Below are positions 11,701 through 26,700 of a DNA stretch of 64,000 bases, in pieces. The DNA is from Amoebophrya sp. A120 (Eukaryota > Protista > Dinoflagellata), in NCBI GenBank assembly GCA_905178155.1, contig CAJINV010000002.1, positions 12,964,480 to 13,028,479 on the forward strand. Direction: 5' to 3'. Made by a program: the position numbers and the translations under genes. Every line of letters starts with the position of its first letter. Within the stretch, counting starts at the first letter, position 1. Under the pieces are notes generated by a model, which made no database searches, had not been told where the DNA came from, and worked only from the letters and a program-made list of their open reading frames with translations.

Positions 11701-14700
11701 GGCGCACCTGGGCAGCAGTCTTTCCCTGCGCGGGTACACCCGCCTGGGCTCCCACTTGTCCATCCTGTCGTTCTGCAACCTGGGTTCCACGGTGTCGTTG
11801 CGGAACTTCGCCCGGCTGAGCAGCACCTGCAGTGTGACGAAGCAAGCGACGCTCAACAGCTTCGCGTCGATTCTGTCCTACGTCCACCTTGGAAGCGGTG
11901 TATCCATCCGGAACCGGGCGCGCTTCGCGTCCAGCATGTCCGTTTTGGATTACGCGCAGTGCGGCTCGTGTCTCTCGCTCCGCGCATACACGCGGATCGG
12001 GTCCGGTATGTCTGTCCTCGGCTTAACCCGCGTCAGCTCGGTTTTGAAGCTTTCCGTGATCGACACGGGCCTGATGACTAGTTCGATGTCTTTGCGCAGC
12101 TTCACGCGGTGCGGCAGTCTTTGCAGTGTCCTCAACTACGTTTCGCTCAGTAGCACGCTTTCCGTCAGGCGCGGCGGCCGCGTCGGCACGGTCAACACGT
12201 CGGTCTTGGACTTTGCGTTGTTAGGCTCGGGCATGAGCTTACGCGCGTGCGGAAAATTGGGCAGCGGCCTGTCGACGTTGAATGCGGCGAGGATGAACAA
12301 ACAGCTGAGCTTGCTCGAGTTTGCAGCCTTCGGCTCGTCGGTTTCGCTACGCGGCCACGGCCACTTGGGCAACATGGTCTCCGTCATCAATTTCACGCTG
12401 ATGGGATCCTGCCTTTCTGTGCGCCAGTTCACAAGAGTCGGCTCGACCTGCAGTGTGCACGGCAGCTTCTTTGCGGGCAGCTGCTTGAAGACCTCCGTGC
12501 TCATGCGGGTGCAGTTGGGAAGCAGTCTCAGTCTGCGCAGCTTCGGGTGCCTCGGTAGCCGAGCTTCGGTCCTGGATTGCTTCCTGCTCGGAAGTTCTCT
12601 GTCTCTCCGCAGCTACAACCGGCTCGGCAGCGGCTACTCAATCTACGGTCCAAGCCTGTCGGCCAACTTGTCAGTGCTCGACAAAGTTACCTTCGGAAGC
12701 TCGCTTTCCGTCCGTGGCGCCGCCCGTGTTGGCGGCCGCGTCAGCATTCTCGGGTTCGCCGAGATTGGCAGTTCCCTCAGCCTCCGGAGCTATGTGCGCT
12801 GCGGCAGCAGCCTTTCGGTCCGCGGCGCCGTCACCGTCGGGAGTGTGTACAGGCTTTCCGCCCTGAACTTCGTGAACCTGGGGTCCAGTCTTTCTGTGCG
12901 ACAGGCCAACCGCCTGAGCAACCGGTTCTCTGTGCTCGATTGCCTGAACCTCGGTTCCTGCTGTAGCCTGCGCAGTTCCGCCACACTCAGCGGCCAGGCC
13001 TCGATCCTCGACGCGGTCAGCCTCGGATCGACGCTTTCCCTCCGTAACATGGTTCGGTCCGCCACCTTGTTATCGGTGATTGACCACGTGCGGCTTGGCA
13101 GCAGCCTGTCTATGCGCTCCCTGTCACGGTTTTCCGCCATGGCCTCCGTTGTGGACGCCGTTTCGCTCGGTAGTTCCATGAGCTTGCGCGGGCTGTGGCG
13201 GTGCGGGTCCGCCTTGTCGTGCCTCACGTTCTCGAACATGGGATCCGCGCTGTCCATCCGCGCCTACACGCGAGCGGGCAGCACTTTGTCCGTGACGGGA
13301 GCGGTAATCTGCGAAAGCATCTTTGCGTTATCCATCATGCGGTACTGCCACTTGGGATCTTCCTGCTCGCTGCGGTCCTACAGTCGATTCGGATCCTACC
13401 TATCCGTCTTCGACTACTGCCACCTGTCCAGCTCCGTGTCTTGCCGCAGCTTCGGCTACCTCGGCAAGAATTTGTCAGTGCTGGACTTCGTGACGATGGG
13501 CAGCACGCTGTCGCTCCGGGGTACTACGCGCATGAGCTCTGCGGTTAGCTTCATGAACTTTGGCAATCTGGGCTCGGCATTGTCGCTACGAAACGTGCTC
13601 CGGCTGGGGTCCTCCGTGTCGCTGTCCGGTCCACAATGCAGACTGCAGTCGATGGCTAGCGTGCTGGGCTACGTGCACTGCGGATCTACTTTATCGGTCC
13701 GCGGGTACAACAAGATTGGCGAAAGCTTGAGTGTGATCAACTTTGTGAACATGGGAAGTGCGACCTCCATGCGCGCGTTTACGCGCCTCAGCGACAGCTT
13801 CTCCGTCTGTGCGAGCGCGCGACTCGGCGACACCCTGTCAGTCTTGTCGCACACGCACTTCGGCTCCAGCTTCTCGCTCCGCGGATTGGGCCGCTTCGGA
13901 CACTCTCTGAGCACGCTGGATAGCTGCTACTTCGGCAGCTCCCTTTCCCTGCGCGCAAATGTGTCCGTTGGCAAGAAACTGTCTTTGATCGACTTTACCC
14001 ACTTCGGTAGCACGATGTCGCTCCGCCTCTACGCTCGCATGGGCATGAACGCCAGCGTCTTGGAATACGCGAACCTCGGCTCGTCGCTGTCTGTCCGCAG
14101 TTTCTCCCGGTTCGGAAGCGCTTTGTCAGCTGTGGGCACAACGGTGTGCGGCTCCTGCCTGAAGATGTCGGTGTTGCAATTCGTGCACTTCGGCAGCTCG
14201 ATGTCGCTCCGCAGCTACGGTCGGCTCGCGTCCGATACTTCGGTCGTGAACTTCGTCGCGCTCGGCAGCGCGTTGAGTCTGCGAGGGCGGCAGTGCAAGA
14301 TCAGCGTCAGCATGTCCATCATGGATTTCCTCACTCTTGGTAGCAACCTTTCCGTCCGCCGCGGCGCTCGCATGGGGACGCAAGGCCTGTCAGCGTTCGA
14401 CTGCCTCGCGCTCGGCAGTTCTCTCAGCCTGCGCAACGTCGGGAATGTCGGAAAGTCCGTCTCGATCCTCGACTCTGTCGCGCTGGGCAGCTCGCTGTCT
14501 TTGCGATCGGCGATTCGATTGGCGAACCAGATGTCGGTGCTCGACTACGTGCATATGGGTTCCTGCCTCTCGGTGCGTCAATTCGTCCGCCTCGGCTCTT
14601 CCCTTTCGGTCCACGGACGACAGGCTTGCGGCTCGGTCCTGGCGGTTTCGGTCATCGGGCAGGTACACTGCGGCAGCACGCTGAGCTTGCGCGCGTACTC

Positions 14701-17700
14701 CAGCGTGGGCAAGAAACTTTCCGTGTTGAACTTCACTTACTTGGGCAGCAGCATCTCCATCCGGGCGAAAGTTTCGATGGGAAGCGGGCTTTCCATTTAC
14801 GGTGATTCACGGCTAAGCGACGCCTGCTCCATTTTGACGCACGTGCACCTCGGTAGCACCTTCTCGCTGCGTTCGTTCGCGAAACTGAGCACCACCGCCT
14901 CAGTGCTGAACTTCGCCAACCTGGCGAGTGGCCTTTCCGTCCGACAATACGCCCGCGTGGGCAGCGGATTGTCCGTCACCGGCAGCAAGAACGTCCTGCA
15001 GTGCGCCCTGCTGTCCGTGATCCAATCCGTGCACCTCGGTAGCTCGTTGTCCCTGCGCGGAACGTCGAAGCAGAACCTCAGCAAAGAGTGCAGTATCCTC
15101 GGCTTCTGCGCGATCGGCAGCAGCATGAGCCTGCGAAACTTCGCGAGGCTGGGCTCGTTGACCAGCATCCTCGACTCCGTGAACCTGGGTTCGTCCATGA
15201 GCCTCCGGTCCTCGGTCCGTGTCGGCGGCGCCTGCAGTACTTTGAGCTTCTCGAACCTGGGATCCAGCTGCTCTATCCGGCAGTTCGTGCGGTGCGGTTC
15301 CAACCTGAGCGTGCTCGGTTGCTCCAGCCTCGGGTCGTGCTTGAAGCTTTCCGTCATCAACTTCACGTCGGCAGGCTCTTCGCTTTCGCTCCGTCAGTTC
15401 GCGAACTGCGGCAGCCGGATATCGGTTGTCGACTTCCTGGCCCTCGGGTCCGTTCTGTCCTTGCGAAGCAGTCGGGCCCTGTGCGGCGACAAGGTAAGTG
15501 TGCTGGACCTCCTGCACTGCGGCAGCAACTTGTCTGTGCGGGGAGTGACCCGCACCGGTTCGCGATCCTCCGTGCTCGATTGCTTTTCCTTGGGCTCTGC
15601 ACTGTCCGTTCGCACCTTCGTGAAAGTTGGAGTTTCCCTCTCCGCGATGGGTCGCGTTGCGATTGCCGGGTCCTGTCTGCAGTGCTCGGTGCTGGGCTTC
15701 GTGCACCTGGCTAGCTCGTTCTCGGTTCGCAACACCATGCGCATCGGCAGCAAGGCCTCTGTCGTGGACATGCTGAATCTCGGCAGCGCAATTTCCCTCC
15801 GATCGAGAATATCCTGTGGCAGCCGGTATTCCGTTTTGGACTACCTGCACATGGGGTCGTCAGTGTCCCTGCGCTCCCATTCGCGGCTCGGATCCATGGC
15901 CTCGGCGATCGACTTTGTCCATCTCGGCAGCAGCTTGAGCCTCCGCTCCTACTTCCGGGTGGGAAGCTCTCTGAGCGTTGCCGGCTTGACGTTCTGTGGC
16001 TCTTTGAGCAAAACCTCGGTGATCGCCAGCATGACCTTGGGAAGCACCATGTCCTTGCGTTCCGCGAGTCGGCTCGGCGACAACTTGTCAGTGCTCAACT
16101 TCACGCATTTGGCGAGCAGCTTGTCACTACGCGCGTACGCGCGTATCGGCAGCGGCGTTTCTTGCCTCGGATCGGCCAAGCTGGCGGACGGCATGTCGGT
16201 GCTGAAATACGCGCATCTGGGCTCCACACTCTCGGTGCGGAGCAGCGCTCGCTTCGGCACGCGCGTGTCCATCCTGGATTGCACAAATTTGGGCAGCTGT
16301 CTCTCGGTCAGGAACTACGCCCGCTGCGGCAGCAAGCTTTCCGTCGCGGGTTCCCAAGTGTTCGCGAACACATTCCTGTCGGTGTTGCAGCACGCGACGC
16401 TGGGCTCGAGTTTCTCGCTAAGGAACAACGTAAAATGCTCGGCCCGGTTCTCGGTCCTGACTTGCGCGGACTTCGGCAGTTCCTTGTCGTTCCGCTCCAC
16501 CGTTCGTACCGGTAGTAAGCTGAGTCTCTTGAGCTTCGTGAATCTCGGAAGCACCCTGAGCGTCCGCGCCTACGCGCGCATCGGTAGCAGCTGCTCCGCC
16601 CGGGGGCTGGTGCAGACGGGATCAGATGGGACCTTGCGCATGTCGATCATTGGCACGGTGCACCTGGGATCCAGTTTGTCTGTGCGCGGCCGCTTCAAGG
16701 TCTCCGACAACATGAGCGTGTTAAGCTTCGTGACTCTGGGTTCCGCCGTGTCCACGCGCGGTTTCACGCGATTGGGCTCTTCCACCAGCGTTCTAGGCGA
16801 CTTGCGCATCGGCGAGCAGGCCTCGGTCCTCGCCTTCGCACACCTCGGCAGTACCGTCAGCGTCCGCGGTCTCGGCCGCATGCGGTTTGCCCACCAGTTC
16901 TCGGCGCTCGACATGGTGAACCTGGGTTCTTGCGTCTCGGTCCGCAGCTTCTGCCGCGTCGGAAGCAGTTTGAGCGTGGCCGCGCGGGTGCAGGAAAGCG
17001 TCGGTTTGAGCGTCTTCGACTTCATCAACATGGGTGACAGCTTTTCCGCGCGCGACTTCGTGCGCCTGGGCAACATGATGAGTGTGCTCGACAGCTCGCA
17101 GTTCGGTTCCACTCTGTCGATGCGGCAGTTCTCCCGGTTCAGCTCGAACATTTCCCTGATCAACTTCGTGCACATGGCCTCTTCGTTATCCTTGCGCGGA
17201 GCGAAGAGCTTCGGCAGTCGCATGTCGATACTCAACCTGGTGTCTCTCGGATCCGCCCTCAGCATCCGCACCTACGCGCGCTGCGGGTCGAGTCTGAGCA
17301 TCACCGGCGGTGTGGCGTTGCCGTCCGCGATGAAGCTGTCCATCATCGGCTCGGTGGAGCTGGGAAGCGCGTTGTCGCTCCGGAACTTCTGCCGCGTCGG
17401 CGAAATGGGCAGCGTGCTTCGGTACGCGAACCTGGGTAGCGGCCTCAGTGTGCGGTCGTCCTGCCGCATGGGCTCGCGCTTCAGCGTGCTCGACATGCTC
17501 ACGTGCGGGTCCGCGCTGTCCCTGCGCTCCAAATCGCAGTGCGGTAGCCTCCTCAGTGTCCTGGACAACTTCCACCTCGGCTCCACTTTGTCCGTTCGCA
17601 GCTTCGTCCGTGGCGGCAGTTCGCTCTCCGTCCGCGGCGTGCTTGCGGTGGACTATGTGGAGAAACTGTCGGTGATCAACTACTTGCACGTGGGCTCCTC

Positions 17701-20700
17701 GATGTCCCTGCGATCGCAGTGCCGGTTCGGTAGCCGCTTGTCCATCCTGAACTACGGCTGCATGGGAAGTTCGCTTTCCATTCGACAGTACACGCGAATC
17801 GGATCGGGCGTGAGCGTTGAGGGCAACTTGAACGTGCGCGGCTCCGGCATGTTCTCGGTGTTGCAGTGCACGAACTTGGGAAGCTCGTTCTCCCTCCGTG
17901 GGCTCGCCAGATGCAGCAACAACCTCTCGATGCTGAACTTCTGCAACCTAGCCTCCGGTCTTTCGGTACGAACGTATCTGCGAATCGGGTCCTGCTTAAG
18001 CCTGGTGGGTGGCTGCCAGTCCGGCGGCCGCTTGTCTGTGCTGTCGCACGCGGAACTCGGCAGTGGTCTTTCCGTTCGCTCGGTGTGCCGGGTCGGTTCT
18101 CGCGCGTCGGTCCTGGACTGCTTGATGCTCGGCTCCACCTTGAGCATCCGGGCCGCCAGTCGCATTGGCAGCGGTTGTTCGGTGGTCGCGCAAGTGCAGC
18201 TCGGCGCCTCCATGTCGGTTTTGGACTACGTGACCTTCGGCAGCTCTCTGTCCCTCCGGCGTCATTCGCGTTTGGGCGACGGCGTCTCCATCATCAACCA
18301 CGTGAACCTGGGATCCGCGCTCAGCCTGCGTGGCTGCAGCCGGCTCGGGTCCAGTGTGAGTGTCAAGGGCTCCATGAAGTCCGCGGAGAAGCTGTCCATT
18401 CTGCAATTCAGCGGCCTCGGCAGCACCCTGTCTTGCCGCAACGGTGTGCGGCTCGGCGCGCGCTTGTCCATCGTTGATTTCCTGAACCTGGGCAGCTCGC
18501 TTTCCACGCGCGCGAACGTGCGCACCGGCAAGGCCTGCAGCACGCTGGACCACACGACCTTCGGCTCCACGCTGTCCATGCGCAGCCTGGCCCGCTTGGG
18601 ATCCGCAGTCTCGATCCTCGGCTTCTCTTCCATCGGGAGCGCGCTCTCGATCCGGGCCTTCACGCGCACCGCGGGCACGTTGTCGACCGCCGGCATGCTG
18701 GGTTGCGGCTCCATGTACTCTACCAGCGTGATTGGCTGCGCCAGCCTCGGCTCCAGTCTTTCCGTACGCAGCTTTGTGCGGCTCTCCAGCAAGGCGTCGG
18801 TGGTTGACTTCTTCCACCTCGGATCCTCCGTGTCGCTGAGGGACTACGTTCGCATCGGCAGCGGATTGTCGGTGATTGGCACAACGCTTGCGAGTGGGAA
18901 GTCCTTATCCATATTGAACGCCGCCAACTTGGGGAGCACGCTATCGCTCCGGCGAGCAGTCAGGGTTGGAGACAGCCTCTCCGTACTGAGCTTTGTGCAG
19001 ACAGGATCTACACTTTCCCTGCGGGCTGTCTGCCGACTCGGGTCGAGTTTGTCGGTCCAGGGGTCCGGAAGAGCCGCCGAGCAGCTCTCGGTTCTGTCCT
19101 GCGTCCACCTTGGTAGCACGTTCTCACTGCGGGACTCGGGCAGACTCGGGTCGAACATCTCGCTGCTGTCCTTCCTCGCCGTGGGATCATCGATTAGCCT
19201 TCGTAGCTACGCCAGATCGGGGAATGCAATTTCGGTCCTCGACTACGTGAATCTCGGGTCGGCGCTTTCGTTGCGCAGCCACATGAGAACGGGCTCCCTC
19301 GTCTCTGTCCTGGACGCGGCGACCCTCGGCTCCGCTCTCTCAATCCGCTCCTTCTTGCGGTGCGGAAGTGGCTGCAGCGTCCGCGGTCTCGGCGTTGTCG
19401 GCAGCGCACAGACCGAAGCGTTCAGCGTGTGCGGCAGTCTGATCCTGTCCAGCAACCTGTCCCTTCGCCAGTTTGCCCGCGTCGGCGGAGCCATTTCCAC
19501 CCTGCAGTTCACGCACCTGGGAAGCACACTCTCGATGAGATCCGGCACGCGGCTCGCGGGTGACATCAGCGTGCTGCACTACAGCAATCTCGGCAGTGCT
19601 CTGTCCGTAAGAAGCCACGCAAGATCGGGTTCGCGCATGTCCATCCTGGATTTGCTCTCCCTGGGCAGTTCGATGTCGGTGCGCGCAATCGCGCGGTGCG
19701 GCTCAACCGTGTCCGCACACGGACTGACTAGCTGCGGTTCTCTGTCAAAACTGTCGGTGCTCAGCTTCATGCAGCTGGGCTCCTCGCTTTCCGTGCGCAG
19801 CACAGGCCGGTTCGGCAGTTCACTATCGGTGCTCGATTTCCTGACCCTGGGATCCAGTGTAAGCCTTCGCGGAAGCGCAAGATTGCACAGCTCCTTGACC
19901 GTGATTGCTTTCGCGCAGGTGGGAAGCTCTCTTTCCATTCGGTCGACGGCTCACATGGGATCCAGAGCGAGCATCCTGGACTTCACCACCTTCGGGTCGA
20001 CGATCAGTATCCGGCAGCTGTCGCGCCTTGGCAGCTCGCTATCTGTATTAGGCCTTGCCGCCAGTGGCAGTGTCACGTCCGTCTCAGTCGTGGGCTTTGC
20101 GCACCTGGGAAGCACTCTGTCGCTGCGATCGATGGCCAGGCTGCGAGCCAACAGTTCGGTTCTTGACTTCGTCCAGCTCGGATCCTCGCTCAGCGTCCGC
20201 GCAGCGACCAGATTCGGCAGCGGCATGTCGGTTGCCGGCGTTGCCCGAACCGGTGGTGCTCTGATGCTCTCGGTCCTGAACTTCGCCAACTGCGCTAGCA
20301 CGGTCAGTATTCGGGCCATCGCGTCGAAATCGCGGTACGGCATCAGCGTTTTGGACTTCCTGAACCTCGGCAGTGCGGTTTCCTGCCGCAACGTGGCGAA
20401 GCTCGGGTCCTGCATGTCGATCACCGGCCGGGGCCGCATCATGGGCGATGGTCTATCGGTGCTGCAACAAGTCAGCCTTGGCTCCAGCTTGTCTCTGCGT
20501 TCCGTGACCCGCTTCGGTAGCAAGACTTCGATCCTGAGCTTCTTCACGGTTGGGTCCTCCTTCTCGTTGCGTAGCACGACCAGATTCGGCCACCAAATTT
20601 CCGTGCTGGACTTTGTCAACCTGGGCAGCAGCATCAGCGTCCGGAAGATGATTCGCCTGGGAAGCTCCGCGAGCGTGCAAGGCTTGGCGCAGGTGGGTAG

Positions 20701-23700
20701 CCTGTCAAAACTGAGTGTCTTCGACAGCATCACGCTCAGCTCGACGTTGTCTCTCCGCCGCATGGCCTCGTTCGCCGACACCATGTCGATTTTGGACTCG
20801 GTTTCCGTGGGTTCTTCGCTTTCGTTGCGCGCAATCGGGCGCATGGGCTCGGCAATGTCCGTCTCGAAGACCACCGCCTTCAATGACAAGGTGAGCGTTC
20901 TGAATTTCGCCGCTCTGGGTAGCGCACTGTCGGTGCGCGGCTTGAAGACCCGCTGCGAAGGCCGTGCCAGCGTGTTCGACTTCCTGGCCCTGGGCTCTGC
21001 CGTCTCCATCCGGTCGGTCGCCACCCTGGGATCCAGCTTCTCGATCGCGGGCGCGCACGCGCGCTTCGGCGGGTCAGCCTACACTTCCGTGTTGGATTCG
21101 ATCCAACTCGGCAGCTCGATGTCGCTCCGCAGCTTCTGCCGGTTGGGTGCAAACGTCAGTGTCCTGGAATTTGTCCACATCGCGTCGTCGCTGTCGCTCC
21201 GTAGCACCGGGCGCGCCGGGATCAACTTGTCCGTCTTTGATGCGATGTCCACCGGCTCCTCCATTAGCGTGCGCGGAGTCACAAGGATGTCAAGCCGCAT
21301 GTCGGTGTTGGACTGCCTGAAGCTGGGCAGCTCGGTGTCCGTCCGGGCCTTCAGTCGCTTGGGCTCCGGCGTGAGCGCCGTTGGCTTGGTCAGCTGCGGC
21401 AGTACCTTGAAGATGTCGGTGCTGAATTGGTGCACTCTGGGGTCGAGTTTGTCTATCCGGAACACTTCCCGGTTCGGATCGCGCATTTCCGTCCTGGATT
21501 TCCTGAACATCGGATCCAGCCTGTCCCTCCGGTCCCACGTGCCGATCAGCGGTAAAGCTTCGGTGCTGTCCTTCACACACCTCAGTTCCGCGTTGTCGAC
21601 GCGGGCGATCGCGAAACAAGGCTCCAGGTGCTCTGTTCTCAGCTTCCTGCACTTGGGCTCCACGCTCTCGGTCCGCCAATTCGCGTGCACCGGCGTGAGC
21701 CTGACGGTTCGGGGACTCGCGGCAGCGGGCTCTTGCTTCCAGATGTCGGTGATCGATGCGGTCAATCTGGGTAGCGCCTTATCCGTCCGCTCGTTCGTGA
21801 AGATCGGCTCCAGAGCGTCGGTTCTCGATTACCTGAACCTGGGTTCTTCGGTCAGTCTGCGCACATTGAGTCGCATGAGCAGTAGTCTTTCCATCGGCGG
21901 CCCGCAGATGCAGGCGCAGGCGCGCCTGTCGCTGCACAACCAAGTGCACCTGGGCTCGACACTGTCCTTGCGCAACAAGCTTGGTTGCAGCACGACTGCT
22001 TCCGTGCTCGACATGTGCAACCTGGCGTCCTCGCTCAGCCTCCGACAGTACGTGCGGTTGGGTTCGAGCCTCAGCGTTGCGCAGGCGTCCGCCCCCATCG
22101 GCGGGAAACTGTCCGTTTTGTCGTACGCCAACCTGGGAAGTGGCCTTTCCGTGCGTTGCAGCGCACGCTACGGCTCGCGCTGCTCGATTGTGGATCTCTT
22201 CAACCTGGGCAGCTCCATTTCCATCCGCAACTTCTTGAAGTGCGGCAGCAGCCTGTCGGTGAAGGGCGATTTGAACTTGATCGACCCGCTGTCCCTGCTG
22301 GAATTCACGCGTCTGGGCTCTTCTTTCTCCGTCCGGAAGTACGCCAGATTCAGCTCCTCGCTGAGCGTCATGGACAACATCGCCATCGGATCCGGCATCT
22401 CGATTCGTAACTACACGCGTATCGGTTCGGCCTTCTCCATGGTCGGCAAGGGCCGATTCGGAAACAAGATGAGCATCCTGCAGCAGGCGAGCCTCGGGAG
22501 CACATTGTCAGTACGCGCCGTCATTCGCGCGGGCTCCCGGGCCTCAGTTCTGCATTGCCTAGACCTGGGCAGCAGTTTGAGCTTGCGCAGCCAGATGCGG
22601 TTTGGTAGTCACTTCTCCGTGTTGAGCTTCGTGAACTGCGGATCCGACATGAGCATCCGAGCCAAAGGCGGCGTCGGCACCAGGGCGAGCGTGCTGGACT
22701 GCTTCAGTTTGGGCTCCGTTTTGTCGATTCGCGGCTTCGTGCGGGTGGGCTCCAATCTGTCCGCGCACGGCATCGTGCGAACGGTGAGCAGCTGCTTCGC
22801 AGCCTCTGTCCTGCAGGCCGCGACCGTCGGGAGCTCGTTGTCGGTCCGCGCGGCAGCTCGGTTCGGCAGTAAATGTTCTGTCATGGATTTGTTCCGGATG
22901 GGTAGCAGCATCAGTGTTCGCGCGATGACGCGACTAGGCTCCGGTATGTCGGTTGCGGCCCGAGCAGCAGCAAGCGGCAGTGCCAGCGTGATTGCGTACA
23001 TGCACCTGGGCTCCGGCTTGAGTGTGCGTGGTGCAGTCAGACTGGGCAGTCGTGCGAGCGTCGTGAACTTCTTGCACCTGGGCTCCGCACTTTCCGTGCG
23101 GGCGATCAGCCGTGTGGGATCCGGAGTTTCCGTGTGCGGCGCCTGCAACCTCAACAGCAGTGTGTCCGTCTTGAACTTTGCGCAGCTCGGCTCCACGTTC
23201 TCGTTCCGCAACTTTGGGCGCATCAGTAGCCACTGCAGCATTCTCGACGCCGTGACTTGCGGTTCCAGTATCTCCGTCCGACATGGACATTGCAGAGTCG
23301 GTACGAAAATCTCCGTCTTGGACTACTTGCGAATGGGATCCGCGATCTCAGTGCGGTCGATGTCCGCCGCGGGATCGAAGGCCAGCCTAATGGATATGTG
23401 CGCGCTCGGATCAAGTATCTCCGTCCGGGCCTACGTACGGCAGGGAACCGCAACTAGCCTGAAGGGCCTAGCAACGGTTGGATCCCTGCAGAAGATGTCC
23501 GTCATCGGCTGCGTCAACCTGGGCTCTACCCTCTCCCTGCGTTCGATCACAAGGACCGGAAGCCGAGCTAGCGTGCTGGACTTCCTCCACTCGGCCAGCA
23601 GCCTCTCGCTTCGCGCCCTCTCGCGCATCGGCAGCGGACTTTCCGTCGCTTCGTCGCTCGTCTTCGGGTCGTCTCGCATCAGCGTGCTCGACGCCAGCCA

Positions 23701-26700
23701 CCTTGGCAGCGCGCTGTCCTGCCGCGGCATTGTGCGGTGCGGAAGTCGGGTCTCGGTCTTCGATTGCCTGGCTTTGGGATCGACTGTTTCGGTCCGCGCA
23801 GCGTCGCGTCTCGGCTCGGCGGTTTCCGTGGAAAGCAAGTTGCGACTCGGAACCAACCTTTCCGTTCTGAACTTCGTCAACTTCGGCAGCAGCTTCTCCC
23901 TTCGCGCATTCTCGAAGTGCGGGAAGAACCTCAGTGTGCTGGACTTCGTGTTCCTGGGCAGCGCCATCAGTGTCCGGCAGTTCGCTCGCTTCGGCAGCAG
24001 CATCAGCGTGTCCTCGCAGAGTCTCCCGATTCCGGGCCGACTCTCGGTTCTAAACATGGCTTCCCTCGGGAGTTCGCTTTCCGTCCGCAACACCGTCCGC
24101 TGCGGCAGCCGCGCGTCAGTGTTCGACACGTTCGCGCTGGCATCCTCGATGTCGCTGCGCGCGGTGGTCCGACTGGGATCCAACTTGTCTGTCCTGGGCA
24201 CGACGCGCGTCGGCGATGACATCTCGGTTTTGGGCTACGCCCACATGGGCAGCACCTTCTCTGTCCGCGGAATCACCAGGTTTGGCTCACGTGCGAGCAC
24301 ACTCGACTTCGTCGGCGTCGGCAGTTCGCTGTCCCTTCGCGGCTTCAGTCGGGTCGCACTTTCCAGTTCGGTGAAGGGACTCACGCGCATCGGAAGCTGC
24401 TTCCAGGCCAGCGTAGTTAACTGCGTCAGCCTGGGCTCTTCACTATCCGTGAGGCAGATGTGTCGCGTTGGCAGCGCCATCTCGGTGTTGGATTTCACCC
24501 AAGTTGCCTCCACTCTGTCGCTCCGTAGCGCGATCCGCCTCGGTAGCTCCCTCTCCGTGCACAAGTTCACCACGGCGCAAGCCAAGCTTTCCGTGCTGGA
24601 CGCTTCAAACCTCGCGTCTTCGCTCTCCGTGCGGAACTTCTTCGCGGCGGGATCGCGTGCTTCCGTGCTCGACTTCCTTGCGCTCGGTAGCACGGTTTCG
24701 CTCCGCGCGGTCGCTCGCGTGCACAGCAGTGTGAGCATTGTGGGCACAAACGCGGCGGTGAACCCGAGGCTGTCCATCCTGAACATGGCCACGCTCGGCT
24801 CCGCGCTTTCCCTGCGCGGACAGCAAAGAATAGGAAGTTCGTGCTCGGTACTGAACTACCTAAACATGGCGAGTTCCCTGTCGGTCCGCGCTGTGGTTCG
24901 CATGGGCAGCGCCGTTTCGGTTGGCTCCAGCTTGAAGTGCAGCGGGTCGATGTCGGTTTTGGCCGCGACACACTTAAGTTCGGCTCTCTCCGTCCGCGCG
25001 GCGAGCCGCTGCGGCAGCAAACTCTCCGTTTTGGACCTGTTTGCACTGGGATCCGCACTCAGTATCCGCGGTCTCGCGCGCGTCGGGTCCGGGTTCAGCT
25101 GCAACGGAGCGGCTCGCGTCGGCGGCAACGTGTCCGTGATGAAGTTGGCCGCGTTGGGCAGTACGCTTTCCGTTCGGGCGGCGGCAAAGCTCGGTTCCAA
25201 GGCCTCGCTGTTTGACATGCTGGCGTTGGGCTCCACGGTCTCTATCCGCGCCTTCAGCCGGCATGGCTCAGCCATCAGCGTCCGCGGACTCGGTGTCTTC
25301 GGCTCGTGCAGTATGCTCTCAGTGATCAACGCGGTCCATTGCGGCTCCACCTTATCCATCCGAAGCTACGCGCGCCTCGGCAGTTCGCTGTCGGTCGTGC
25401 AGGCCAAGAATTTGAGCAATAAGTGCAGTGTGCTGGATCGGGTGGCGCTGGGTTCGGCTTTGTCGGTGCGTAGCACGACCAGGTTCGGCTCCCGCACCTC
25501 GATCATAGACTACCTGCATATCGGAAGCTCGGTGTCGATTCGGTCGTTCGTGCGGCTGTCCTCCACCGTGTCCGCCGCGGGCATCACAAGGTGCGGCTCG
25601 CTCACGCAGCTGTCGATCATTGATGCGGTGTCCTGCGGAAGCTCCCTCTCGATCCGCGGCATCTCCAGGTGCGGTAGCAACGTCTCGGTGCTCGACTACT
25701 TCCGCATCGGCAGCAGTGTGTCTGTGCGGCAAATGACCAGAATCGGCAGCTGCATGTCCGTCAACGGTGTTGCGCGCACCGGTGTGCACGCTTCCATCCT
25801 GAACTGCGTCGGCATTGGCTCCGCGCTTTCCGTCCGCGGAGTCAGCCGCCTCGGCTCGCGCGTGAGCATCCTGGACTTGATGCACTTGGGCTCGACCTTC
25901 TCAATCCGAAACTTCGTCCGCGTCGGCAGCACACTGTCGGTGAGCAACGTCTCGAGATTGCAGGCCGTCAGCGTCTGTCAGACGCTGGTCTGCGGCTCTG
26001 CACTCTCCGTCCGCGGAAACCTGCGCGTTGGTCTGCGCGCCGACCGCAGTGGCGCCAGTCTGCTGAGCTTCGTCAACCTGGGCTCGCAACTGTCCGTCCG
26101 CACACACGCGCGCGTTGGCAGTCGGGCATCCGTGTTGGACTTCCTGAACCTCGGGAGTGCCCTCAGCGTTCGCGGCGTGGCGCGCCTGTCGAGCTCCCTG
26201 TCGTGTACCGGCGATATCCTGATCTCGCACCGCCTGTCTCTGATTCACTCGATGAACGTTGGGTCCTCGCTTTCGCTCCGCAGCGTCGGGCGGGAACCCT
26301 TCGTCGGTGGCAGAATAAGCATGATGGACCAGTTCCTTCTGGGTAGTTCGATGTCATTGCGCAACCTCGCCCGGTTTGGGGGCTCCCTCTCCGTTCTCAA
26401 CTGTGTGCAGATCGGCTCCACGTTGTCGGTCAGGCAGTACGTGAAGATCGGCAGCAGAGTTTCGTGCGACGGCAACTTCCGCGCGCAAGGCAGCAAGGGC
26501 TTTTCCGTCGTCGGCTATGCACATATCGGTAGCGCGCTGAGTGTCCGGAACCTGAGTCGGGTCAACCTGGGCAAGAAGTTGTCCGTTTTGGACTGCCTCG
26601 CACTCGGAAGCAGCGTAAGCATCCGGGCTTTTGTTCGCGGAACGAACGCCTGCTCCATGAAGGGATGTTTGTCCAGCGTTGGGAGTTGCCTGCAGGTCTC